From: an uncultured bacterium
Lineage (GTDB): Bacteria > Abyssobacteria > SURF-5
Assembly (NCBI GenBank): GCA_964510165.1
Contig: CAZEBC010000007.1
Location: 1-41,884 of the forward strand
Length of the DNA stretch: 41,884 nucleotides
Direction of reading: 5' to 3'
In this document: positions 8,665-16,067 of the stretch, piece after piece
Layout: every line of letters starts with the position of its first letter
Position numbering within the stretch: the stretch's first letter is position 1
Notes under the pieces: generated by a model
The model's input: the letters and a program-made list of their open reading frames with translations, nothing else
Database searches by the model: none
Told to the model about the DNA's origin: nothing
Program-made: the position numbers and the translations under genes

Positions 8665-8697
8665 AAGACTTGACCTTATAATTCAAGACTTGACCCC
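8665..8697. repeat. Tandem AAGACTTGACC repeat ending in GACTTGACCCC
   Basis: 11-mer at 8665-8675 and 8685-8695 in an AT-rich gap between convergent genes. Confidence 0.6.
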
Positions 8698-8719
8698 TTT
8701 GGTTCAAGGGCGTTGTATT

Positions 8720-9724
8720 TCAGGCTCTGATACGGGTGGAGAGCATTTCGCGTTGGAGCATTTCGGCTCCGTTGGAGGCGCGGATCTCCTGTTGGATTTT
8801 CGTGAGCTCGTAGAATATCTGAACGACGTCGGCGGGCCTACGGTCGGGATGCTTCTGCAGGCAGCTCAGGGTCAGATTCAGGAGACCGTAGGGGAGATAG
8901 GACCTGACATCTCCTTCGAGGGTGAAGGGGCGGTCCTGCTTATAGAGATACACCTTGCGCGACAGGTGGTCGAGCTGGCGGTCCTGCTGGAAGGTGTGGA
9001 TGAACTTTTTCTCGAGCCTGGTTTTCTTGCCGATCACCTGGTCCATGACTCTGCCGAACGAGTAGATATCGCATCGCTTGTCGTACTTGCCGTCTTTACG
9101 CATCTGTTCGGGAGCGGCGTAGTTTACGGTGCCGGCGCGTCGTCCGCCTCCGAGGAAGCGTCGGAGGTCCGTCTTGAATTTTGCGATCTTGTCCTGGCTG
9201 AGGCCGAAATCGCAAATAACCACCCACGTGCCGTTGTCGGTGAGATTGTAGAGGATGTTGGAGGGTTTCAGGTCGCGATGGATGATGTGATTCTGATGGA
9301 GGTAGTTCATGCCGGCGACGACCTGAATGAGCATGTCAAGCAGGAACGCGAGCGGATATTTATTATCGTCTGCGAGCAGGTGGTCGAGGTTGTGTTGCAT
9401 GCGGGGCATGACATAGAAGACGTTTTCGGCGTCCTCGAAGTAGTCCACTCCCTTCATGACGTTGGGATGATCGAAGGCGTACTCGGTCTCGCGACGAAGG
9501 CTTCTCCTGAAGCGCTCGGCCTTGTCGGCGGGAGGATTTCCGCCCAGATGTTTTATCGCCCTTAATTGTCCGGTGGCCAGACGCCGAACTTCGTCAACCC
9601 GGGACATTCCGCCGCGGCCGATGACCTGGACGAACTGATATCCGTGCTGTCTGAGGGTTCGCCGGTAAACTTCCTCGAAGCCATTCTCTCCAAACGCATC
9701 ATTAATCCTGTTCGACATTGTCAT
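8720..9724 (-). CDS. Hanks-type Ser/Thr protein kinase, soluble, catalytic domain only
   Basis: IGRGGMSRV, AIK, HRDLKPSN, DFG, GTVNYAAPEQ, DIYSFG and HPDRRP. The start is uncertain; ATG 9724 is preferred over GTG 9796, which lies inside a REP. Confidence 0.92.
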   Translation of the reverse strand: MTMSNRINDAFGENGFEEVYRRTLRQHGYQFVQVIGRGGMSRVDEVRRLATGQLRAIKHLGGNPPADKAERFRRSLRRETEYAFDHPNVMKGVDYFEDAENVFYVMPRMQHNLDHLLADDNKYPLAFLLDMLIQVVAGMNYLHQNHIIHRDLKPSNILYNLTDNGTWVVICDFGLSQDKIAKFKTDLRRFLGGGRRAGTVNYAAPEQMRKDGKYDKRCDIYSFGRVMDQVIGKKTRLEKKFIHTFQQDRQLDHLSRKVYLYKQDRPFTLEGDVRSYLPYGLLNLTLSCLQKHPDRRPADVVQIFYELTKIQQEIRASNGAEMLQREMLSTRIRA

Positions 9725-9788
9725 GCTCGTCTCTCTTGGGCTTTCGAACCTCCGGTTCGGTTGTTGGGGGTGGCGCCAGTTTCCTTCA

Positions 9789-9811
9789 GGGCGCACGCCC
9801 TGCGCCCCTAC
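9789..9811 (-). repeat. GTAG-type REP palindrome
   Basis: Minus strand GTAG-GGGCGCA-GGGCG-TGCGCCC; it supplies the TAG stop of the receiver gene. Confidence 0.6.
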
Positions 9812-10215
9812 AATATTTGTACTTGCTGGGCGATTGCTCCACGGAGCAGGCTGGTAAAGCCTGAGGGGAGGCGGTCGGACTCGGATTTTTGGACGAATCC
9901 CATCGCGCCCGCCTTCATGGCCTGCTTTATCAATTCATAATCAAAATACTTACTAATTATAATTATCTTGCTTTCCGTGTTCATTTGACGAATTTGCCTG
10001 AGAACCTCGAAGCCGCTTTCCTTCTCGAGCACGAGGTCCAGCAGTACCAGGCATGGGTTGACTCGTTCGAATTCGAGGATGGCTTCCTTTTCGTCGATCG
10101 CGGTGGCGATTCGCCATTTGCTCCTCTTGAAGAATTCAATGATCGCCTTCAAGGATTCGAGTTCGTCATCGATGATGAGCACGCTGTTACACGAAACCAT
10201 TTTTGTCGGCGCCAT
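9808..10215 (-). CDS. Stand-alone response regulator receiver domain protein
   Basis: VLIIDDE, phospho-acceptor LLDLVL, SGFEVL, IIIS and FVQK; AGGGGG RBS. Confidence 0.9.
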   Translation of the reverse strand: MAPTKMVSCNSVLIIDDELESLKAIIEFFKRSKWRIATAIDEKEAILEFERVNPCLVLLDLVLEKESGFEVLRQIRQMNTESKIIIISKYFDYELIKQAMKAGAMGFVQKSESDRLPSGFTSLLRGAIAQQVQIL

Positions 10216-10249
10216 TTTTCCCCCTGTCGTTTATTTATGGTTCATATAG

Positions 10250-10266
10250 AGCAACGGCTGTGCCAA
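10250..10266 (-). promoter_or_regulatory. sigma54 (-24/-12) promoter for the receiver + kinase genes
   Basis: Minus strand TTGGCAC-AGCCG-TTGCT, consensus, about 35 nt upstream of the ATG. Confidence 0.85.
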
Positions 10267-10314
10267 ATTGTCTGGGTGCCGGGCCGAGGATGGCATGGCC
10301 GGGCAGGTAGGCGC

Positions 10315-10340
10315 ATAACCATTGATTTATTAATAACTTA
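10315..10340. promoter_or_regulatory. IHF-like binding site upstream of the sigma54 promoter
   Basis: AT-rich ATAACCATTGATTTATTAATAACTTA contains near matches to WATCAA-N4-TTR on both strands. Confidence 0.5.
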
Positions 10341-10523
10341 CGGATGAGCATGATAGAGTCTTGCGGGCGGCCTTAACGATAGTTCGGGAGGTCTTGTTTT
10401 GTGGGTAGCACAAATGACTTGTCCTTTATACAATGGAAGGGGCTGTGGCGCGAAAAAGTGTGCGAATGAATTCGCGCCTAAGCCGGAGTTTGGCCGCGTT
10501 CCCAGTTACGTGGCAATCTTTTC

Positions 10524-11102
10524 TCAGGGAATTCGGACGATGCCTGTGAATGTGGGACCTGAGTGGCCGAGTTGTATTCTTATGCGAGCGCCGTCGGACA
10601 GGCCGGGTGGCAGGGTGATCGTAAGGCTTTTTATTTGCCGGATGACACCGGCGCCTCGGCATGAAGGGCAGGCGGCAAAGAAGAGCAGGCCGACCCCGTC
10701 GCAGCGTGGACAGGCGGTATTGACGGGCAGGTCGAGGGTGAATGAGGTTCCGAGGGCCGCTTCTCTTGGGGAGACCGAGATTTCGAAGTCTGGTTCCTGG
10801 GGGGACAGGGTAAACCACGAAGAGGAGAACCAAGGGCGGGCGAGCCGTGAGCGGCGGTAGGGAGGTGACTGACGGGTCCGGCGCTGAGTGTCGTCCTGTT
10901 TGCGAGTGTCCGGGCCGCCAAGCCGTTCATAGGCCTCTCGAATCTCCCTGAATCTTTCACAAGATTCCTCGCCTCTTTCCGCGCAGTCCGGGTGATACTT
11001 TTTGGCCAGCCGTCGGAAGGCATCCCTGACGGCCTTCTGGTCAGCGTTGTTTTGAAGGCCCAGTATCTTGAGGTATTTTTGCCGATTTTGGCGGGTCATC
11101 AT
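10524..11102 (-). CDS. Short DnaJ-domain protein with a single Zn-finger unit
   Basis: J-domain (YLKILGL...AFRRLAKKYHPD...EAYERL), two CxxCxGxG repeats and a partial C-terminal domain (LPPGLSDG). The start overlaps the activator stop. Confidence 0.85.
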   Translation of the reverse strand: MMTRQNRQKYLKILGLQNNADQKAVRDAFRRLAKKYHPDCAERGEESCERFREIREAYERLGGPDTRKQDDTQRRTRQSPPYRRSRLARPWFSSSWFTLSPQEPDFEISVSPREAALGTSFTLDLPVNTACPRCDGVGLLFFAACPSCRGAGVIRQIKSLTITLPPGLSDGARIRIQLGHSGPTFTGIVRIP

Positions 11103-12460
11103 CGTAGTCTAAGTTCTTTGAGTTTCTTGGAGAAGTTGCCCTCATCCATGCCCAGCTTTTGCGCCGCTTCCCGATTGGAGGAGGATTCGCTCAGGGTCTT
11201 AGCGATGAGGTCGCGCTCGAACATGCGTTCAGCTTCCTTAAGGGTCATTCCTGTATAATCTTGCATTGCGGGGGCGGCGGCTCGCAAGTCTTCGTTTTTT
11301 TGGAGCAGGTCCGCGGTGATGACGTCAGTGACACGTACGGCCGCCCATTGGATGACGTTTCTCAATTGGCGGACGTTACCCGGCCACGGGTGTGACGCCA
11401 GCAGTTCGAGGGCTTTGTCGTCGATGGCGACGGGTTTCTTGTGCAGTTCCAAACAGGCTCTGGAGAGCAGGTATTCCGCGAGGGGCTTAATGTCCTCCTT
11501 GTGTTCCCTGAGCGGGGGACAGGTTATCTTGTAGGTGAGCCGATACCTGACGTCCTCCCTGAACTCGCCTTTCTTGATCATTGAGTCCATGTCTCGGTTG
11601 GTGGCGGCGACGACGCGCACGTTCACCTTTATTTCCTTTTGTCCGCCGACCCGCATAACTGTTTTGTCCTCGAGCACCCTCAGCAGTTTCGCCTGCGCTT
11701 CGTAGCTGAGGTCACCGATCTCGTCGAGAAAGAGGGTGCCCCCGTTGGCGAGTTCGAATTTTCCTTTACGCTGGTCCACCTGGGTGGCCACTCGCTTTTC
11801 GATTCCGAACAGTTCGGATTCGAGGAGAGAGGAGGTAAGGGCGCTGCAGTTGACGGGCACGAAGGGGGCGTTGCGGCGATGGCTGTTTCGGTGGATGTTG
11901 TGGGCCGCGAGTTCCTTTCCCGTGCCGCTCTCTCCGCAGATGAGGACGGTGTAGTCGCTTGGGCCGATGAGACGTATTTCCTCCCGGAGCTTTTGCATTG
12001 CCGGGCTGTCGCCGATCATGCGATACTTCTCATCCATCTCCTGAGTGAGGAGTTCTCTTTCCTGTCGGCGCGAGAGCAGGTTATGGATGACGATGGGCAG
12101 GCGGGGCGGCACCTTCCATTTGTTAGCCCCATCCTCGCGCACCTTTTTGATTATGTCGTAGGCGCCATGGCTGACGGCTTGAACGGCCATCTCGAGGGAA
12201 GCCCCTTCGCTCAGGACGACGATATCGAGTCCCGGGAACTCACCCCGGAGAGAATTGAGGACTTCGAGTCCGATCTCTCGCTCGAGCACCCAATCGAGGA
12301 ACACGATGTCGTAGGCGGTGCGTTTCAGGAGGCGGGTCGCTTCGAGGCGGTCGTACGCGACGGTGACCTCGAATCCTTCCTCTTTGAGATAGTTGACGAT
12401 TTCCTGTACGGTTTCCAGTTCATCGTCAACTATGAGAATCTTGCTGCCTTTGACGGACAC
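11099..12460 (-). CDS. NtrC-family sigma54-dependent response regulator (REC-AAA+-HTH)
   Basis: ILIVDDE, FLDW, GESGTGKE, ESELFG, LFLDEIG, WPGNVRQL and a Fis-type HTH. GTG start at 12460 follows AAAGGA (ORF track starts at 12556). Confidence 0.92.
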   Translation of the reverse strand: MSVKGSKILIVDDELETVQEIVNYLKEEGFEVTVAYDRLEATRLLKRTAYDIVFLDWVLEREIGLEVLNSLRGEFPGLDIVVLSEGASLEMAVQAVSHGAYDIIKKVREDGANKWKVPPRLPIVIHNLLSRRQERELLTQEMDEKYRMIGDSPAMQKLREEIRLIGPSDYTVLICGESGTGKELAAHNIHRNSHRRNAPFVPVNCSALTSSLLESELFGIEKRVATQVDQRKGKFELANGGTLFLDEIGDLSYEAQAKLLRVLEDKTVMRVGGQKEIKVNVRVVAATNRDMDSMIKKGEFREDVRYRLTYKITCPPLREHKEDIKPLAEYLLSRACLELHKKPVAIDDKALELLASHPWPGNVRQLRNVIQWAAVRVTDVITADLLQKNEDLRAAAPAMQDYTGMTLKEAERMFERDLIAKTLSESSSNREAAQKLGMDEGNFSKKLKELRLR

Positions 12461-12566
12461 GTTGTTGTTCCTTTCGAGACTGTCCCGTAATGTGGTTTCC
12501 CCCCCGGAGACGCCCCTACAATTTTCTCGCGGGCGGGGCGGGGGGCGTGAGAGCACCCTGCGGGTA

Positions 12567-14561
12567 TCAGGCGTTCTGGGCCAGATACCAGTAGGCCTCG
12601 ACGGTGCCTATCGCCGCGCCCAACTCCTCTTGGGTGAAATCCTTTCGCAGATAGCGGTCGAGGCTGATGCCCTCGTACTTTGCCATTTCCGATTTTGCAT
12701 CGGCCACGTTCGAGGTAAACGCAATTATCGGGATTCTCGCGGTATCGCCGGTCTTCTTGAGGCGATATGCGAGCGATGATCCCGAGATGGTGTCTTCCAT
12801 ATCCAGGTCAATCAAGATGACGTTGGGGTTGAGCTCGACCACCTTTCGCGTGGCCGTGAGGAATTCATCGAGAACTACCGGATAATAGCCGCTCTTTTTG
12901 CATTCGGAATCCAGACGGGATATGAGCGCCGGGTCCATCGAGAGTATGACGGGCCTGGATTTCAAAAGGGTAAAGCAGAAGGTACTGCCGCGGCCTTTGC
13001 CTTCTGAGTCGGCCCAAATTCTCCCGCCGTGAGCACGTATGAAATCGCGGCATATGGAGAGACCCATTCCGGTGCCGCCTTTGCGGAAGCTGACGTGTGG
13101 TTCAAATATCTTATCGAGGTTTTCATGGGGGATACCTGCGCCGGTATCAGAGACTGAGATGTGTATCTCCTCTGGCGCGTCCTCCGCGGAGATGGTGACG
13201 GCTCCGTCGGGGCAGTGTTGGACGGCGTTAAGGAGGATGTTCATGAGCACTCGCGATGTGGCGTTTGGGTCGCAGCAGACGGTAGGGAGTTTTTCGGGAA
13301 GATTGACCCGTATTGTGACCCGGCTTGCGGCGTTTTGCTCGAGCGACGAGGCGAAGTCGCTGACGTTGGCCCTGATTATTTCAGTGAGATCGCAGTGGCG
13401 CAGTCTGAGGTCAAGGGACTGGGGCCTGAAGGCGCTAACGATGGACTTCACCATGGTTGCGACGGTGTTGTAACAGCCTTCGAGCTTCTCGAGGGATATA
13501 TTGAGGTAGGCGCGCTCTTCCCTGGAATCGGCGCTGGCCGTGTCGAGGGCCTGCCTGATGAATCCCTTCACTTCGCCGAGCATCCCCTTCAGTTCATGGA
13601 TTGTTTGCGAGACTTTCTTGTCTTCGAGTCGTTTTTCAATAGTAACGTCGCGGAGGACCAGGAGCTTGCCGAGCGGGCGTCCGATTTCGGTGGTGACCTC
13701 ATGGGCGCCGGCACGGAAGGTAAGTTGTTCCTGGAACCCGGGCATGGTAGTTACCAATTCTTCGACCTTGGTTTGGTCGGAGTTCAGCAGCCTGTCGAAG
13801 AACTGCCGGTTTTCGGGGTTGGCGACTAGGGAGAGGAGGGTGCGATTTCTGAAGTTTTTGCCTTTGGGCTGTCCCAAAAGTGCACGGGCCGGTTCGTTTG
13901 CGAACACCAGGCGGTTATAATTGTCCACCATGAGAATAGGCTCCAGCGTATTGGCCAAGACAAGTTCCAACTCGCCTTTTGCCGCCTCAATCTGACGAGC
14001 CTGCCATACCATTATGAGGACTCCTATCGCGGTGGCAAGGATTATGCTTCCCACGATAACGGAAAGACGCCGCTGGGACTCAATTTCATAGGCGACCTCG
14101 GGGTCTATGCCAAGATTCAGGGCGATTGGTTGTTGAGGGGAGACGGTGCGAAAGATTTCGAACTTGCCGCTGTCGATCTTGACGGCCATTCCTTTGCTCA
14201 TGAGGTCGGCCCATATATCGGGTTCCGCGCGACCGACAGGTTGGCGGACTCCTTTTTCATCGAACGTGAAAACGGAGCCTTCTTTCAGGTCAACGAATCG
14301 GATATACGAGATATTCTTATTGGCTTTGTTTGATTGAGACATTGTGAAGAGCACTCGGTCCAGGCTTTCGGGAGGGAGTTCGCCGGACTGCAAGGCTGTG
14401 GGGGGCTGGAGGTCGTCCACAATTTGTTTGGCGAGGCGCCCTCTTCCGATGAGGCCGGGGAAGAGTAGGACAATGGCCGCTGCGCAAAGCACAAGAAGGA
14501 CAGTGCCCAACATGACGACCATAAGACGAGAGGGAACAATTTTAGGAGAAGAATACCTCAT
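12567..14561 (-). CDS. Membrane hybrid sensor histidine kinase (2 TM, PAS, HisKA, HATPase, C-terminal receiver)
   Basis: Two TM segments, PAS-like region, H-box HELKG, N-box NILLNA, DTGAGI, GTGMGL and a C-terminal ILIDLDM receiver. The start is 14561 or 14600. Confidence 0.9.
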   Translation of the reverse strand: MRYSSPKIVPSRLMVVMLGTVLLVLCAAAIVLLFPGLIGRGRLAKQIVDDLQPPTALQSGELPPESLDRVLFTMSQSNKANKNISYIRFVDLKEGSVFTFDEKGVRQPVGRAEPDIWADLMSKGMAVKIDSGKFEIFRTVSPQQPIALNLGIDPEVAYEIESQRRLSVIVGSIILATAIGVLIMVWQARQIEAAKGELELVLANTLEPILMVDNYNRLVFANEPARALLGQPKGKNFRNRTLLSLVANPENRQFFDRLLNSDQTKVEELVTTMPGFQEQLTFRAGAHEVTTEIGRPLGKLLVLRDVTIEKRLEDKKVSQTIHELKGMLGEVKGFIRQALDTASADSREERAYLNISLEKLEGCYNTVATMVKSIVSAFRPQSLDLRLRHCDLTEIIRANVSDFASSLEQNAASRVTIRVNLPEKLPTVCCDPNATSRVLMNILLNAVQHCPDGAVTISAEDAPEEIHISVSDTGAGIPHENLDKIFEPHVSFRKGGTGMGLSICRDFIRAHGGRIWADSEGKGRGSTFCFTLLKSRPVILSMDPALISRLDSECKKSGYYPVVLDEFLTATRKVVELNPNVILIDLDMEDTISGSSLAYRLKKTGDTARIPIIAFTSNVADAKSEMAKYEGISLDRYLRKDFTQEELGAAIGTVEAYWYLAQNA

Positions 14562-14620
14562 GTTCGGTCGCCATTTTAGGTCGGAAAAGACGTGCGTCAC
14601 GTAATGTTTCAGACAGTGTA

Positions 14621-14649
14621 ATTATATCGGAACAATGAACTTAAGTCAA
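14621..14649 (-). promoter_or_regulatory. sigma70 promoter of the kinase-activator-dnaJ operon
   Basis: Minus strand TTGACT-17 nt-TATAAT. Confidence 0.8.
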
Positions 14650-14732
14650 ACAATCTCCGGGCTTGTTTCCCAGATAGTTTAGGTGGAGGAAATCTCGGGG
14701 ATCAAAGAGGGTTAACTTTCGGTCAGGCACGC

Positions 14733-16046
14733 ATGAAAGAATTCAAGGGAGCAAACAAGAAACTGGCTGACCTTTTGGTTCGCGAAGAGATTGTCACCCG
14801 TCAGCAGATAGAAGAAGCGTTGCGCGAGAAAGATGCGCTAAACCAGTTTCTTGGGGAAATACTGGTCCGTCTGTGCTATATCAGCGAGGACGAGCTTATC
14901 GGTTTTCTGGTTCGCCAATGCCGGATTCCGCATTTGAAATTATCAAACTTGCAGGTGGCCACCGAGGCGGCCGGCCTGATTGCCTCGGACATATGCAGGG
15001 AGCACAAGCTGCTTCCGATAGACAAGCTGGGGACGCTTCTTACGGTTGCGATGGTTAATCCGCTCGACACCGAAGGTCTGGAGAGGGTGAAACAGACGGT
15101 GAAACTGCGGATAAAGCCTATCCTGTGTAGTTGGGCCGACTTCAAGGAACTCTATGCGAAGATTTATGGCTCCGACGACCACAAGGCCAGGTTCGAGGAA
15201 GAGTTGTTGGGAGAGTTCGATGAGCCTGCCGCACCGGAAGCGATTGCCGGCGCTTCGGCGGCTCCCGAAGAGGACACAGAGGCGACCGCGCGGGCGCCGG
15301 AAAAGCGACGCGGAGATGGTCTGATAGAGAGGTTCACCTTCGACAATTTCGTAGTTGCCGAAGCGAATTCCTTCACGTATGCTCTGTCGCGTTCGGTTGC
15401 GGATTCGCCGGGCTCCGAGTACAATCCGTTCTTCATTTATGGCAACACCGGTCTGGGCAAGACGCATCTTTCGAACGCGATTGGAAATGAAGTGGTCAAG
15501 CGCGACAGGAAAAAGGCGGTGGTGTATGCGCCGGTGAGTCGCTTCATAGACGAGATGCTGGATGCGGTTGAGGCGGACCAGATGCGGGAGTTTCGCGAGA
15601 AGTACTCCGACGTTGACATTCTGATAATTGACGATGTCCAGTTTCTTGCTGGCAGGGAACGCGCGCAGGAAGAATTCTTCAACATATTCAATCAGATACA
15701 TGGCAAGAAGAAGCAGATAATTCTGGTGAGTGACGTTGCCCCGAAGAACCTGGAGGGTCTCGAGAGACGCCTGATATCGAGATTTGAGGGCGGGGTAGTG
15801 GCTTGTCTGGAGGAGCCCGACCTTCACACACGATTGACCATCCTGAGACGAAGGACGGAAGAGGCGGGCGCCGTCGTGAGCGAAGAGGTGCTCAAGCTGT
15901 TGGCCGAGTCTGTGACGGCGAATGTCCGGGAGTTGGAGGGGGCGTTAAAGAAGCTGCTGGCCTACTCGTCTCTGGTGGGGCACGAGATAACCGTTGAGCT
16001 TGCGCAGGAGATACTGAAACACCTGTTCAAAGGGAACCGGGCATAA
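14733..16046 (+). CDS. Fusion protein: PilB/GspE N-terminal (MshEN-like) domain + DnaA-type AAA+ domain III, lacking DnaA domains I and IV
   Basis: aa ~9-145 resemble the PilB N-terminus (FLGEILV...LTVAMVNPLD). From aa 196: FTFDNFVV, YNPFFIYGNTGLGKTHL, IIDDVQFLAG, QEEFFNIFN, RLISRF and NVRELEGAL. The stop directly follows domain IIIb. Confidence 0.9.
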   Translation: MKEFKGANKKLADLLVREEIVTRQQIEEALREKDALNQFLGEILVRLCYISEDELIGFLVRQCRIPHLKLSNLQVATEAAGLIASDICREHKLLPIDKLGTLLTVAMVNPLDTEGLERVKQTVKLRIKPILCSWADFKELYAKIYGSDDHKARFEEELLGEFDEPAAPEAIAGASAAPEEDTEATARAPEKRRGDGLIERFTFDNFVVAEANSFTYALSRSVADSPGSEYNPFFIYGNTGLGKTHLSNAIGNEVVKRDRKKAVVYAPVSRFIDEMLDAVEADQMREFREKYSDVDILIIDDVQFLAGRERAQEEFFNIFNQIHGKKKQIILVSDVAPKNLEGLERRLISRFEGGVVACLEEPDLHTRLTILRRRTEEAGAVVSEEVLKLLAESVTANVRELEGALKKLLAYSSLVGHEITVELAQEILKHLFKGNRA

Positions 16047-16067
16047 CGCAAGATTGGCAGGGAACGC

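Noticed and set aside
8690-9565. 291-aa plus-strand ORF
   Set aside because: Antisense shadow of the Ser/Thr kinase with no motifs. The same applies to other long shadows such as 5945-6865, 11639-12490, 14943-15827, 26910-27749, 29153-30349 and 38067-38918.
14733-16046. Calling the gene dnaA or hda, or the region oriC
   Set aside because: Domains I and IV are absent, there is no N-terminal Hda clamp-binding motif, no dnaN/recF/gyrB nearby, and I saw no TTATCCACA box cluster in the flanking gaps.
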